A stretch of 64,000 bases of DNA from Nitrosopumilus sp. GTDB lineage: Archaea; Thermoproteota; Nitrososphaeria; Nitrososphaerales; Nitrosopumilaceae. Each line of letters begins with the position of its first letter. Positions within the stretch are counted from its first letter, which is position 1. Both the position numbers and the translations under genes were made by a program. The stretch is from NCBI GenBank assembly GCA_965204345.1, contig OZ241981.1:1472001-1536000 (forward strand), in the 5' to 3' direction. Below are positions 29,321 through 39,180 of the stretch, in pieces. Under the pieces are notes generated by a model. It was not told the origin of the DNA and searched no databases. It was given only the letters and a program-made list of their open reading frames with translations.

Positions 29321-29626
29321 TTCCTAAATCTTTTAATAGATTATTTTTGAAGTTTTCTTACAATAGTATTCAAATGTACATTATGAAATTACTATTTTTG
29401 AGATGAAATAAAGCCGATATCGGCTTGAACCATTTTGGTGCTTTGAAGAGAATTGCCGCTTTAGTTGATGACTCTTGGAAATGCAAAGGGATTCAAACTT
29501 CTTGCATGGAGGCCTAATAGGGATGAAATGATTGTCCAAATCCCCAACATATTTTTCGAAATTATGAAGAAGGATTTGGAAAAATAATCTAACTAGACGT
29601 TAGGAATCTTTAACGAAAAAGAGAGG

Positions 29627-29699
29627 GGCCCTCGAGGGGAATCGAACTCCTGTCCGAGGATCCACAATCCTCTATACTAACCACTGTACTACGAAGGCC
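29627..29699 (-). tRNA. tRNA-His(GTG), with G-1 genomically encoded
   Basis: G-GCCTTCG...CGAGGGC-C acceptor; GAGGA-TTGTGGA-TCCTC anticodon arm; GTTCGATTC. Confidence 0.95.
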
Positions 29700-29792
29700 A
29701 CAAAAAAGAGACTTGTGTATCCAGTAATAATCTTTAAGATATATGTGAAAAATATGCTGTAGATTTATTATTGACCATGTTAGAACGATGAT

Positions 29793-29873
29793 ATGCGTTT
29801 ATGGTGGGTAGCAATGGCAATTGCATCTGGACTTACATGGGTAGGAATTAATTATTTTCTCCCATGGCTATGA
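29793..29873 (+). CDS. Candidate 26-aa single-TM microprotein
   Basis: MRLWWVAMAIASGLTWVGINYFLPWL; TTTATTA 23-29 nt upstream. Confidence 0.45.
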   Translation: MRLWWVAMAIASGLTWVGINYFLPWL

Positions 29874-29985
29874 ATAATGTTCATTAGGCTCAGATACAAG
29901 GGGATGTCACTTTTGATTTAACCCGAAGATTTTAGATGACCCGTAGCGATCGCTTTAAATTTGTCAAATTTGGGTATGTTTCGAC

Positions 29986-31008
29986 TTGAAGAAAGGATTT
30001 ATCACCAGCAGGCTACGTTCAAATAAAAAATCAGTAGAAATACCTGTTGAAAATAAGATAGAAACCGTACAGGGCGGGAAATTTACATGGATTGATTTAC
30101 AAAATCCAGATAGAAACGATGTTGAAAAATTAGCTGAAAAATACAATTTCAATACACTGAACATAGAGGACTGTATGACTAAATTTGAACTTCCAAAATT
30201 GGATAGCTACGATGATCACTTTTTTGTAATTTTACATTTCCCCCCATTAGCACAAAAAATAGGCATATCAAAAAACAGTCAATTATCAATATTTGTTGGG
30301 AAGGATTTTCTAGTTACCGTTCATCAAGGAGATCTAAAACCCCTTGTGGAATTAGTAGATATATGTAAAACAAATTCAGATCAGCATAGAAAAGAAAGAT
30401 TACTGGGAAAAACTTCGGGTCTGCTACTTCACGAAATAATAGATGTTCTAGTAGATGATCTTTTGCATACATCAAGAAAGATCATTGCAAATCTGGACGA
30501 AATAGAGGATAGAGTGTTTGATGAAACAAAGCCAGTTGCAAGAAGCATTGCATTGTTAAGAAGGGAAATTAACAGACTGAGAAGAATAGCAAATCCATTA
30601 AAGAAATTTGTATTGGAAATTGCAAAAAATGTTAAAAAATTTTCAGGCAACGAAGATGAAGAACTTTCGTTATACTATGATGACGTAATTGACCATATTG
30701 ACAAAGTAATAGAAACACTAGAAGAATCAAGAGAAACTATGGAAATTTATAAAGACACGGATTTTGTGCTAAGTACTGAAAAAACAAACAAGGTATTGGC
30801 AGTTTTAACGATCATATTCACATTGGCAATTCCATCAACTGTGATCGGAACATTTTATGGAATGAATGTAGATTTGCCTGGGGGAATTGGAGATAATTCA
30901 ATGTTTTTGGGGCCATTTACAACCTTCATAATCATTATAATTGCATCAGCCATACCAGCAGTCATGATGTTCACGTATTTTAAGAAATTAGGCTGGATAA
31001 GTAGCTAA
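29986..31008 (+). CDS. corA: CorA family Mg2+ transporter
   Basis: TWIDLQNP, PKLDSYDD, VLTIIFT..P.T.IGTFYGMNV. Confidence 0.93.
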   Translation: MKKGFITSRLRSNKKSVEIPVENKIETVQGGKFTWIDLQNPDRNDVEKLAEKYNFNTLNIEDCMTKFELPKLDSYDDHFFVILHFPPLAQKIGISKNSQLSIFVGKDFLVTVHQGDLKPLVELVDICKTNSDQHRKERLLGKTSGLLLHEIIDVLVDDLLHTSRKIIANLDEIEDRVFDETKPVARSIALLRREINRLRRIANPLKKFVLEIAKNVKKFSGNEDEELSLYYDDVIDHIDKVIETLEESRETMEIYKDTDFVLSTEKTNKVLAVLTIIFTLAIPSTVIGTFYGMNVDLPGGIGDNSMFLGPFTTFIIIIIASAIPAVMMFTYFKKLGWISS

Positions 31009-31094
31009 AATTAAAAATTATCATATTTTTCCAAAAAACCAAATTTTAGTGAAGTTATGAGCTTAGATAAATACAAGATAAATCAACCTAAATC

Positions 31095-31355
31095 ATGGGG
31101 AAAATTAGAATACGAACCGGTAGAGGTACAGGAACCATTGAAGTTGACGACGATCCTAAAAAGTGGTCTGGTGACGAATTTAAAAAAATCCAGGAAACAA
31201 GGAAAAAGGCAACATCAAACAGAACAGTATCTTCCGGCAGAGGAACCGGCTCTAGAAAATTAGGAGACATGCCTGATCCAAAAGCAAGACCTGACACAAA
31301 AGGCATGACTAGAAGTACAGGCAGAGGAACCGGCTCTAGAAAAAGCAGAGGTTAA
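31095..31355 (+). CDS. Small, very basic low-complexity protein with three (S/T)GRGTG(S/T) repeats
   Basis: RTGRGTGT, SSGRGTGSRK, STGRGTGSRK; exact 24-bp DNA repeat at 31236-31259 and 31320-31343. Confidence 0.7.
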   Translation: MGKIRIRTGRGTGTIEVDDDPKKWSGDEFKKIQETRKKATSNRTVSSGRGTGSRKLGDMPDPKARPDTKGMTRSTGRGTGSRKSRG

Positions 31356-31357
31356 AC

Positions 31358-31400
31358 AAACATCATTGTTAATTTTTAGGATTTTTTCTTAATGATGTTT
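31358..31400. terminator. Inverted repeat with T-tracts between convergent genes
   Basis: AAACATCATT ... AATGATGTTT 10-bp arms. Confidence 0.35.
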
Positions 31401-31411
31401 TCTAAATTTTA

Positions 31412-32077
31412 TTAAATTTTGATATCAGGGTTTCCGGCCTTGAGTCTTTCCCAATCTTTAAGAAAGTTTTCTAGACCAATTTTCGTTAATGGATGCTGCA
31501 ACATTTTATCTAATACACCGGGAGGCAGTGTCACCACATCTGCACCGATTTTTGCAGCATCAACTACGTGTACGGGATGACGAATACTTGCAACAAGTAT
31601 TTCGGTTCCAAAATCATAATTAGAGAATATTTCTTTAATTTCTTCGATTAGGTGCATCCCGTTTTGACCAATATCATCTAATCTTCCAATAAACGGACTA
31701 ACATATTTTGCACCAGACTTTGCTGCAAGTAAAGCCTGATTTGCAGAAAATATCAAGGTAACATTAACAGGTATTCCCTGGGATGAAAAAGACTTGCAGG
31801 CTCTTAGACCGTCAGGGGTCATGGGAACTTTAACTACAACATTATCACCATATTCACGAAGACGCTTACCTTCCTCCATCATTCCAGAATATTCAGTACT
31901 AACAACCTCCAAACTTACATCACCCCTGACAATCTTTGTAATTTCTTCCATGGCATCTTTTGGATTTCCACCTTCTTTTGACATAAGTGATGGATTGGTG
32001 GTAATACCATCTAACAATCCCATATCATTGAACTTTCTAATGGATTCTAAGTTAGCAGTATCAAGGAAAATCTTCAT
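31412..32077 (-). CDS. tal: Transaldolase / fructose-6-phosphate aldolase family
   Basis: IFLDTAN, GITTNPSL, VVVKVP, NVTLIFS, YVSPFIGRLDD, ASIRHP. Confidence 0.92.
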   Translation of the reverse strand: MKIFLDTANLESIRKFNDMGLLDGITTNPSLMSKEGGNPKDAMEEITKIVRGDVSLEVVSTEYSGMMEEGKRLREYGDNVVVKVPMTPDGLRACKSFSSQGIPVNVTLIFSANQALLAAKSGAKYVSPFIGRLDDIGQNGMHLIEEIKEIFSNYDFGTEILVASIRHPVHVVDAAKIGADVVTLPPGVLDKMLQHPLTKIGLENFLKDWERLKAGNPDIKI

Positions 32078-33048
32078 AATTTTTTACTCCTAATTTCTTT
32101 GACTTGTTTTGCAATATTAAAAGATGTTATTCCATGCTTCTCTAAGAGTAAGGGAATTTCATTATCTCTTGCTGATTCTCCAAACATATCTTGAACTCCG
32201 ACTCTCTTGACAGGTACAGGATATGATTCAGAGACAGATTCTGCAACAGAGGAGCCCATTCCGCCAATAATGTTGTGCTCTTCAGCAGTTACAATACCGC
32301 CAGTTTCTCTAGCGGCTTTTTCTAAAAGTTCGTGATCAATGGGTTTAACTGAAAACATGTCTAAAACCCTACAAGAAATTCCTTCCTGTTGTAATGATTC
32401 GGCAGCTTCCAAAGCCATCCTAACAGTTATGCCACAGGCAGCAATAGTACAGTCAGAACCATCTCTCAAAGTAATGCCTTTACCAATTTGAAAGTCTTGA
32501 GAGTCAGAATGAACAAGAGGGGTTTTGGATCTTGCCATTCTCATGTAGATTGGACCATATTCTTTTGCTATCAATGGAATCAATTTGGAAACTGCAACGG
32601 TGTCAGCAGGAACTAGAACTCTAAAATTTGGGATCACTCTCATTATTGCTATATCTTCAATGGTTTGATGGGAGCCACCATCGGGTCCAACAGAGAGACC
32701 CCCATGAGAAGTAACCAGTTTTACATTAAGACCTTTTTTTCCAGGCCGAGAAGGGTAAGCAATATTATTTCGAATTTGATCAACTGCTCTGCTAGGCAAA
32801 AATATGGCATACGTGCTAACAAAGGAAATTTTTCCAGATACAGCAAGCCCTGCAGAAATGGTTACAAGATTTGTCTCAGCAATACCCACATTAAAAAATC
32901 GCTCAGGGAATTCTTTTCCAAACTCAGAAATTTTTAACGAATCAGTTGTATCTGCACCTAAAACAACAACATTTGGGTTCTCTTTACCTACCTGGATTAA
33001 AGACTTTGAATATGCTGAACGCATATCAGTCATTACTGGTTCATTCAA
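32074..33048 (-). CDS. Transketolase C-terminal subunit
   Basis: RFFNVGIAETN, GPDGGSHQTIED, YMRMAR, VTAEEHNIIGGMG; start 33048 (TTG) or 33033 (ATG). Confidence 0.92.
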   Translation of the reverse strand: MNEPVMTDMRSAYSKSLIQVGKENPNVVVLGADTTDSLKISEFGKEFPERFFNVGIAETNLVTISAGLAVSGKISFVSTYAIFLPSRAVDQIRNNIAYPSRPGKKGLNVKLVTSHGGLSVGPDGGSHQTIEDIAIMRVIPNFRVLVPADTVAVSKLIPLIAKEYGPIYMRMARSKTPLVHSDSQDFQIGKGITLRDGSDCTIAACGITVRMALEAAESLQQEGISCRVLDMFSVKPIDHELLEKAARETGGIVTAEEHNIIGGMGSSVAESVSESYPVPVKRVGVQDMFGESARDNEIPLLLEKHGITSFNIAKQVKEIRSKKL

Positions 33049-34712
33049 ATGTATCCCATCTCCTGTGCAATTTTCTTGAATTGCTCTTGTTTTTCTCCAA
33101 TTACATGCAGTCCAATCCATTTATTTACTAGTTCAGAGCCGCCAAATTCCTTTGCCTTATCAAGCAAAATACGTCTTCTAGATTTCAAAATCTCAGTTCT
33201 AAAATCTTTGATTGCAGCCCGAACATCCTGTTGGCCAATTATTGCGCTTCCACCAACAAAAATACGTGCACCATCAGCAAAGACTGAACCAATATTGTCA
33301 AAATTTATGCCTCCATCAGCCTCAATATAGCCTGAAAAGTTATGTTCTTTGAGAATGGAATTTAGCGTGGCCATTTTTTCATGAGTTTTTTCAATGTATT
33401 TTTGACCAGATTTTCCAGGCACAACGGACATTACAATTAGTTGATCAAGGGATTGTAAAAATTTGTAAGACCATTCAGGTAATTCAGTGTCAGGATTTAT
33501 TGAAAAACCGACACCTACTTGATTTTGTTTTAACACATCATAGATTTCCCCAAAACTAGATTCGTCAGTTACTTCAGCATGAACAGTAATAATATCACTT
33601 CCGGCATCAATGTAGTCTTTGATATGTTTTACAGGCTCATTAATCATTAAATGAGTATCAAATGGAATAACAGTCAAAGGTCTTAGTTCTTTGATTTTAT
33701 TATGATCAAAAGTTTTTGTGGGTACAAACTGTCCGTCCATTACATCAAGATGAATGTAATCAGCCCGACCAGAAACACAACGCTTAACTTCATTTTCCAG
33801 ATTGGTCATATCTCCTGCTATGATGGACGGTGCAATCATAATTTGAGAATCTAACTCAAGATTAATGATCGGAACGACATCTAAATCAGGAGCCTTGCCA
33901 TGCCATTGGGGATCATCTTCCATATGCTCTACAGATTTTCCTTTTATGGTTCTAGAGATAATCATAGTAGGTACACCTTTTGTTGCTTTTGCTTTTGCAA
34001 TTGCAGCATCAATCTGCTCAATCCTGTGTCCGTCAATTTCAATAACATTCCAACCAAAAGATCTCCATTTGTCACCAGTTTTCCAGCGTGATGCATCTTT
34101 CCACATTTCAGAAAGATCATCACCTTCTAGTTTTTTATCAAGTGGCATAACTTTTTCAGTGTATGAATCCTGCTGAATGAAATTCCTATCAAGAAAAGCA
34201 GTTAGATTATCAACTTTATATTTTGAGGCAGCCATAGCAGCTTCCCAAACTTGTCCCTCATTAGATTCCCCATCACCCATTATTGTATAGACATGATAGT
34301 CCTTGGCATCCATTTTTGCAGCCAATGCAATTCCTATAGAGTAAGATAATCCTGTGCCTAAAGAACCTCCACAAAACTCAATTCCAGGACATTTAAAGTC
34401 AGGATGTCCTTGTAATTTACTGCCAAATTTTCGTAACGTTTCAAGTTCAGATTCTGGGAAATATCCCGCTACTGCCATATTGGAAAATAATCCGGGTGCA
34501 GCATGTCCTTTAGACAAAACTAGACGATCTCTGTCATCCCATTGAGGATTCTGAGGATCAAATTTTAGATACTTGTTAAACAGACACCCCAAAATTTCTG
34601 CCATAGAAAATGAGCCACCGGGATGACCAGAACCGGCTATGCTAGTTCCCTTAATCACTAATTTACGGGCCCTTAGAATGTTTTTTTTAATTTGATAATA
34701 ATCCAGTCTCAT
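33045..34712 (-). CDS. Transketolase N-terminal subunit fused to ribulose-phosphate 3-epimerase
   Basis: SGHPGGS, LSKGHAAP, GDGESNEG (TK-N), then IAPSII, IHLDVMDGQFVP, DTHLMI, MSVVPG, EADGGI (Rpe). Confidence 0.93.
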   Translation of the reverse strand: MRLDYYQIKKNILRARKLVIKGTSIAGSGHPGGSFSMAEILGCLFNKYLKFDPQNPQWDDRDRLVLSKGHAAPGLFSNMAVAGYFPESELETLRKFGSKLQGHPDFKCPGIEFCGGSLGTGLSYSIGIALAAKMDAKDYHVYTIMGDGESNEGQVWEAAMAASKYKVDNLTAFLDRNFIQQDSYTEKVMPLDKKLEGDDLSEMWKDASRWKTGDKWRSFGWNVIEIDGHRIEQIDAAIAKAKATKGVPTMIISRTIKGKSVEHMEDDPQWHGKAPDLDVVPIINLELDSQIMIAPSIIAGDMTNLENEVKRCVSGRADYIHLDVMDGQFVPTKTFDHNKIKELRPLTVIPFDTHLMINEPVKHIKDYIDAGSDIITVHAEVTDESSFGEIYDVLKQNQVGVGFSINPDTELPEWSYKFLQSLDQLIVMSVVPGKSGQKYIEKTHEKMATLNSILKEHNFSGYIEADGGINFDNIGSVFADGARIFVGGSAIIGQQDVRAAIKDFRTEILKSRRRILLDKAKEFGGSELVNKWIGLHVIGEKQEQFKKIAQEMGYI

Positions 34713-34789
34713 CTCTTATATTATTTGAAAATTACATAAAAACCTACACGTAAAAGCAAAGATTAATTTTGAAATTTATATGTGTAGCA

Positions 34790-35400
34790 GATCTAAAAAA
34801 TGTGAGCCGGGTAATTAGGACGATAAAGAAAGTTCTACTATACCCATTCATAAATTTCAAAAATTCAGATAACGGTTTTTTGCTCCAAGGTTTTGCATTC
34901 CATTCTTTACAAGTCTCATAAAACTCCCATTCTGATTTATCTTTTTGAGGATGAGGCACTATCATCTCTTTAAATTCTGCAAGATTCCGATCTACAGGAC
35001 GTATGTATTTCCCATCTGATTAGCGTTTCATTTTTCATTGCAAATGGAATGACCTGCATACTCTGGATTTAAGATCATTGGCAGCACACCTAAAAACATC
35101 TTTAGTTTCTTTTAGAAATTTACATCCGTTATTTTTTTGTTTTAAGGGATCCATCAAGCCTTCCTTTAATTACTAAAGAATAGGTCCTTGACTCCATAAA
35201 TTTCCAAAATTTTTTTATTTATTTATTCATAGAGATGCAGTTCCTAATCCAAGTGCAAGTCGCCGGGTATCATCAGCGTTAACAGATATCCATATTACTT
35301 GCAACAATCAGCATGACGTGAACTACAAGGAAATTCCCCACGGCGTGGTAGATGAGAACTTGAAAGTATTTCCGACTAATTTCACAAGTAATCAAAGTAA
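34790..35400 (-). pseudogene. Degraded YkgJ-type cysteine-cluster protein
   Basis: FPCSSRHADCCK*Y..VNADDTRRLALGLG..LKQKNNGCKFL..RC..RVCRSF, broken by stops and frameshifts; boundaries approximate. Confidence 0.55.
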
Positions 35401-35519
35401 ATTTCAGATATCAAGCTTGTAAAATTTTCCTTTGATCGCTATTATCAACAGCCTAGTTCCAAATAGCATCAATATGTCACATAGTAAATCTAAATAATGC
35501 TCTAAAAATAGAATTCACA

Positions 35520-36998
35520 GTGAAAATTAAAACAAACAGTTCATCAAAACAGAGAACAAGTCTCCTATGTGGATTTGTCTTAGAAAATTCAAACAAAGTT
35601 CTAGGATTGCCAAAATTTGACGCTAAAACAACTTTTGCAATTAATCAGTCTCTAAAAGACATGGAAGGAAAAATGGGGCGATTAAATATTATTCCATCGC
35701 ATGGAAAAGGCCCCATACAAAGAATCCTTCTTGCAGGCATTGGCAAAAAAGAAAATCTGACAAAAGACACAATTAGATTTGTTTCAGGAAAAATTGCTCA
35801 AAAAGCAAGGGAACTAAAACTAAAAGAATTTTCAATCATATCTCCGCCAAATTTTGTTACTGAACCAATCTCTGCTGTATCTCAAATTGTGGAGGGTTCT
35901 AAAATGGCACTATACAAATTTGAAAAATTTAAAACAGAAAAAGTGGAAACATCTCCCGATCTTACAATTATTGTATCAAAATCAAGCAAGATTTCAAAAG
36001 CCATTAAAACCGCAGACATTGTTGCAGATGGTGCAATATTTACCAAAAGTGTTGCAAATTTGCCGCCAAACGAATGTACTCCCACAACATTAGCAAATTT
36101 TGCAAAAAACATGTCTAAAAAAAATAAAATGAAATGCAGTATTGTTTCAGAACCTGAATTAAAAAAGAGGGGTTTTGGAGGAATATCCGCAGTAGGTCAA
36201 GGAAGTAAAAATCAGCCAAAATTGATTGTTTTAGAACACATGCAAGGATCAAAAAATGAGAAACCCATTGTTCTTGTGGGAAAAGCTGTAACGTTTGATA
36301 CGGGAGGCATCTCATTAAAACCAGGAGCCGCAATGGATGAAATGAAATTTGACAAATGCGGAGGATGTACTGTCCTTGGCATAATGAAAACAATTTCAGA
36401 ACTAAAGTTACCAGTCAATGTTGTGGGAATTGTTCCTTCTGTTGAAAATATGCCCGGAGGGGAATCATATAGGCCAGGGGACATTATAAAATTATACAGT
36501 GGTAAAACTGCGGAAATTCTAAATACGGATGCAGAAGGAAGATTGATTTTAGCTGATGCATTGTCATATGGAGAAAGAAAATACTCTCCAAAAGCAATTA
36601 TTGATTTTGCAACTCTGACAGGGGCATGCATAGTGGCATTAGGTAACAATGTGGCAGCAATCGTATCAAATAATGATAAGCTATCTAAAAAAATCAAAGA
36701 GGCATCTGATAGAACCACCGAAGAAGTTTGGGAACTTCCATTAAACCGAGATTACATGGATATGATCAAATCAGACGTAGCAGATATGAAAAACATTGGA
36801 ATAGGCAGGGCAGCTGGAACAATTACTGCTGCGGCATTTTTGAGAAACGCAATTGAGGATACGCCATGGGTACACGTAGACATTGCAGGTGCAGCTTGGA
36901 CACAGGGCGCCACCAAAGAAAAATCATACAATCCAAAAGGTGCAACGGGATTTGGTGTAAGATTGATTTTAGATTATTTACAAAATTTAAAAAACTAA
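35520..36998 (+). CDS. pepA: Leucyl aminopeptidase (M17)
   Basis: VGKAVTFDTGGISLK, MKFDK, NTDAEGRLILAD, ATLTGA. Confidence 0.95.
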   Translation: MKIKTNSSSKQRTSLLCGFVLENSNKVLGLPKFDAKTTFAINQSLKDMEGKMGRLNIIPSHGKGPIQRILLAGIGKKENLTKDTIRFVSGKIAQKARELKLKEFSIISPPNFVTEPISAVSQIVEGSKMALYKFEKFKTEKVETSPDLTIIVSKSSKISKAIKTADIVADGAIFTKSVANLPPNECTPTTLANFAKNMSKKNKMKCSIVSEPELKKRGFGGISAVGQGSKNQPKLIVLEHMQGSKNEKPIVLVGKAVTFDTGGISLKPGAAMDEMKFDKCGGCTVLGIMKTISELKLPVNVVGIVPSVENMPGGESYRPGDIIKLYSGKTAEILNTDAEGRLILADALSYGERKYSPKAIIDFATLTGACIVALGNNVAAIVSNNDKLSKKIKEASDRTTEEVWELPLNRDYMDMIKSDVADMKNIGIGRAAGTITAAAFLRNAIEDTPWVHVDIAGAAWTQGATKEKSYNPKGATGFGVRLILDYLQNLKN

Positions 36999-37123
36999 TA
37001 GCCCCTACTATTTCTGTCAGGAGTTCCAACACTTGGATTTCTCCAGCCGTGCTTCTCCATCATGTGGTTTAGCAATCTAATATCATTGTCACATGCTTCC
37101 CCACATACACTACAATCCGGCAT
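36995..37123 (-). CDS. 42-aa stand-alone C2H2 zinc-finger microprotein
   Basis: MPDCSVCGEACDNDIRLLNHMMEKHGWRNPSVGTPDRNSRGY, i.e. C-x2-C-x12-H-x4-H. Confidence 0.7.
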   Translation of the reverse strand: MPDCSVCGEACDNDIRLLNHMMEKHGWRNPSVGTPDRNSRGY

Positions 37124-37182
37124 ATTGAATTCACATCAATGCAATTAATTCAATATTAAAAGATTGATTGTAAACTGAAAAA

Positions 37183-37300
37183 ATGCCAGCACCGTTGCTT
37201 CCCAAGAGCTCTCGCATCTTAGTAGCACAACGGCGACATCAGGTTTGACTTCCAAGTTCGGAATGGGATTGGGTCGCACCCTAACGCTATGGCCGGCTTG
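37183..37300 (-). rRNA. rrf: 5S rRNA (unlinked)
   Basis: GCCGGCCATAGCG...CCCATTCCGAAC..GAAGTCAAACC...TGGGAAGC..GGTGCTGGC; terminal helix closes. Confidence 0.93.
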
Positions 37301-37392
37301 AAATTATATGTTAAATTCTCATCTATTAACCTAACGCCAGATTTGAAATGGACTCAAAATAGGTATAAAGCAAAGCAAATAGCGAGTACATC

Positions 37393-39180
37393 ATGACACA
37401 TAGGGTAGCAGTTTTAGATCAGGATCTATGTCAGCCACAAAAATGTGGCTTGGAATGTATAAAATACTGTCCAGTTAACAAATCTGGCGCAGAATGTGTC
37501 ATAATCAGCGAAGAGTCAAAAAAAGCCCAAATTGATGAGGATGTTTGTAATGGATGTGGAATATGTGTCAAGGTATGTCCGTTTGATGCAATAACTATTG
37601 TCAATTTAGCAAGTGAATTAGCTACAGACAAAATTCATCAGTATGGAACAAACTCGTTTAGACTTTACAAACTGCCCACACCAAAAAAAGGGGAGGTGGT
37701 AGGACTGCTAGGTAGAAACGGCATGGGGAAGAGTACCGTAGTAAATATTCTCTCAGGCAATTTAAAACCAAATTTAGGCAGGTATGAAAATCCTCCAGAG
37801 TGGGATGAAATTTTAAAGCATTATAGCGGGACAGAACTTAAGCAGCATTTTGAAAAGATAGAACAGAAACAAATTCGTGCATCAATAAAACCACAGCAAG
37901 TACATCATATTGCACAGGCATTTGATGGTACGGGAAACGAACTTCTTGACAAATATGATGAACGGGGAGTTGCAAGAAATCTAATCAAAGAATTGGGATT
38001 AGAGAATTCTATGGAACAAAGTTTGGCCGAACTTAGTGGGGGTGAGTTACAGAGAATTGCAGTTGCCGCTGCTGCATCCAAAGATACAGAATTTTACTTT
38101 TTTGATGAGCCATCATCATACAACGATGTTTTTCAACGAACAGGTGTTGCACGAGTTATACAAAACCTGGCAAAACTTGGAAAGAGTGTAATGGTAGTAG
38201 AGCATGATTTAACCCTGTTGGATTTTCTAAGTGATTATATCGAAGTATTGTATGGAGAGCCCTCAGCTTACGGAATCGTCTCAAATATCTTATCGACCAA
38301 AATAGGAATCAACGTATTTCTTGATGGGTATTTGCCAAATGAAAACGTTAGATTTAGAGACAAGAAATTTTCATTTGATGTATCATCATCAGCTACGGAT
38401 ATCTTTCAGGAGGGAAGCGAGGTTGTTACTTATCCAAAACTAGGAAAAAAATATTCGACATTTTCAGTTGTAATCGAACCTGGAAAAATAAGAAAGGGCG
38501 AAGTTTTAGGCATAATGGGTGCCAATGCATTAGGTAAAACGACAATGATGAAAATGATTGCAGGTGTTGAAAAACCAGATTCAGGCAACATTGATAAAAA
38601 AATCAAAATAGCATACAAACCGCAATATCTTCAAAACGATCTTGACGTAGAAGTAATCTCAGTATTGGATAAGGCAAATGGAAATCCCATCGAAGGAAGT
38701 ATGGAAGAGGAACAGATACTTGATCCATTAAAGATTAAAAAACTCTACAACAAATCCATCAAGAATCTTTCCGGAGGAGAACTTCAAAAGGTAGCAGTTG
38801 CATCGTGTCTGCTACAAAAAGTAGATTTGTATGCATTAGATGAGCCCTCGGCATTTTTAGATGTAGAAGATAGAATTGCAGTAGCAAAATTCTTACAAAA
38901 ATTTGTCCGTTCGTTTGGAAAGTCGGCAATCATAATTGATCACGATTTGCAATTAATGGATCTTGTTTCAGATACAATGGTAATATTTGAGGGAGAATCA
39001 GGATCTGCAGGCGTAGCAACATCACCAATGCCAAAAGCCGATGCAATGAACAGATTTCTAAAGTCATTGGACATGTCATTTAGAAGAGATGAAAAAAGCC
39101 TAAGACCACGTGTAAATAAACTAGAAAGCAGGCTAGACAAGGATCAAAAAACAACTGGAAACTTCTATTACAAGCATTGA
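37393..39180 (+). CDS. ABCE1/Rli1 ribosome recycling ATPase
   Basis: N-terminal Fe-S domain CQPQKC..C..YCP, CNGCGICVKVCPF; two NBDs with LSGGELQ. Confidence 0.96.
   Translation: MTHRVAVLDQDLCQPQKCGLECIKYCPVNKSGAECVIISEESKKAQIDEDVCNGCGICVKVCPFDAITIVNLASELATDKIHQYGTNSFRLYKLPTPKKGEVVGLLGRNGMGKSTVVNILSGNLKPNLGRYENPPEWDEILKHYSGTELKQHFEKIEQKQIRASIKPQQVHHIAQAFDGTGNELLDKYDERGVARNLIKELGLENSMEQSLAELSGGELQRIAVAAAASKDTEFYFFDEPSSYNDVFQRTGVARVIQNLAKLGKSVMVVEHDLTLLDFLSDYIEVLYGEPSAYGIVSNILSTKIGINVFLDGYLPNENVRFRDKKFSFDVSSSATDIFQEGSEVVTYPKLGKKYSTFSVVIEPGKIRKGEVLGIMGANALGKTTMMKMIAGVEKPDSGNIDKKIKIAYKPQYLQNDLDVEVISVLDKANGNPIEGSMEEEQILDPLKIKKLYNKSIKNLSGGELQKVAVASCLLQKVDLYALDEPSAFLDVEDRIAVAKFLQKFVRSFGKSAIIIDHDLQLMDLVSDTMVIFEGESGSAGVATSPMPKADAMNRFLKSLDMSFRRDEKSLRPRVNKLESRLDKDQKTTGNFYYKH

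Noticed and set aside
37183-37300. 5S rRNA without 16S/23S
   Set aside because: Unlinked 5S is normal in this phylum
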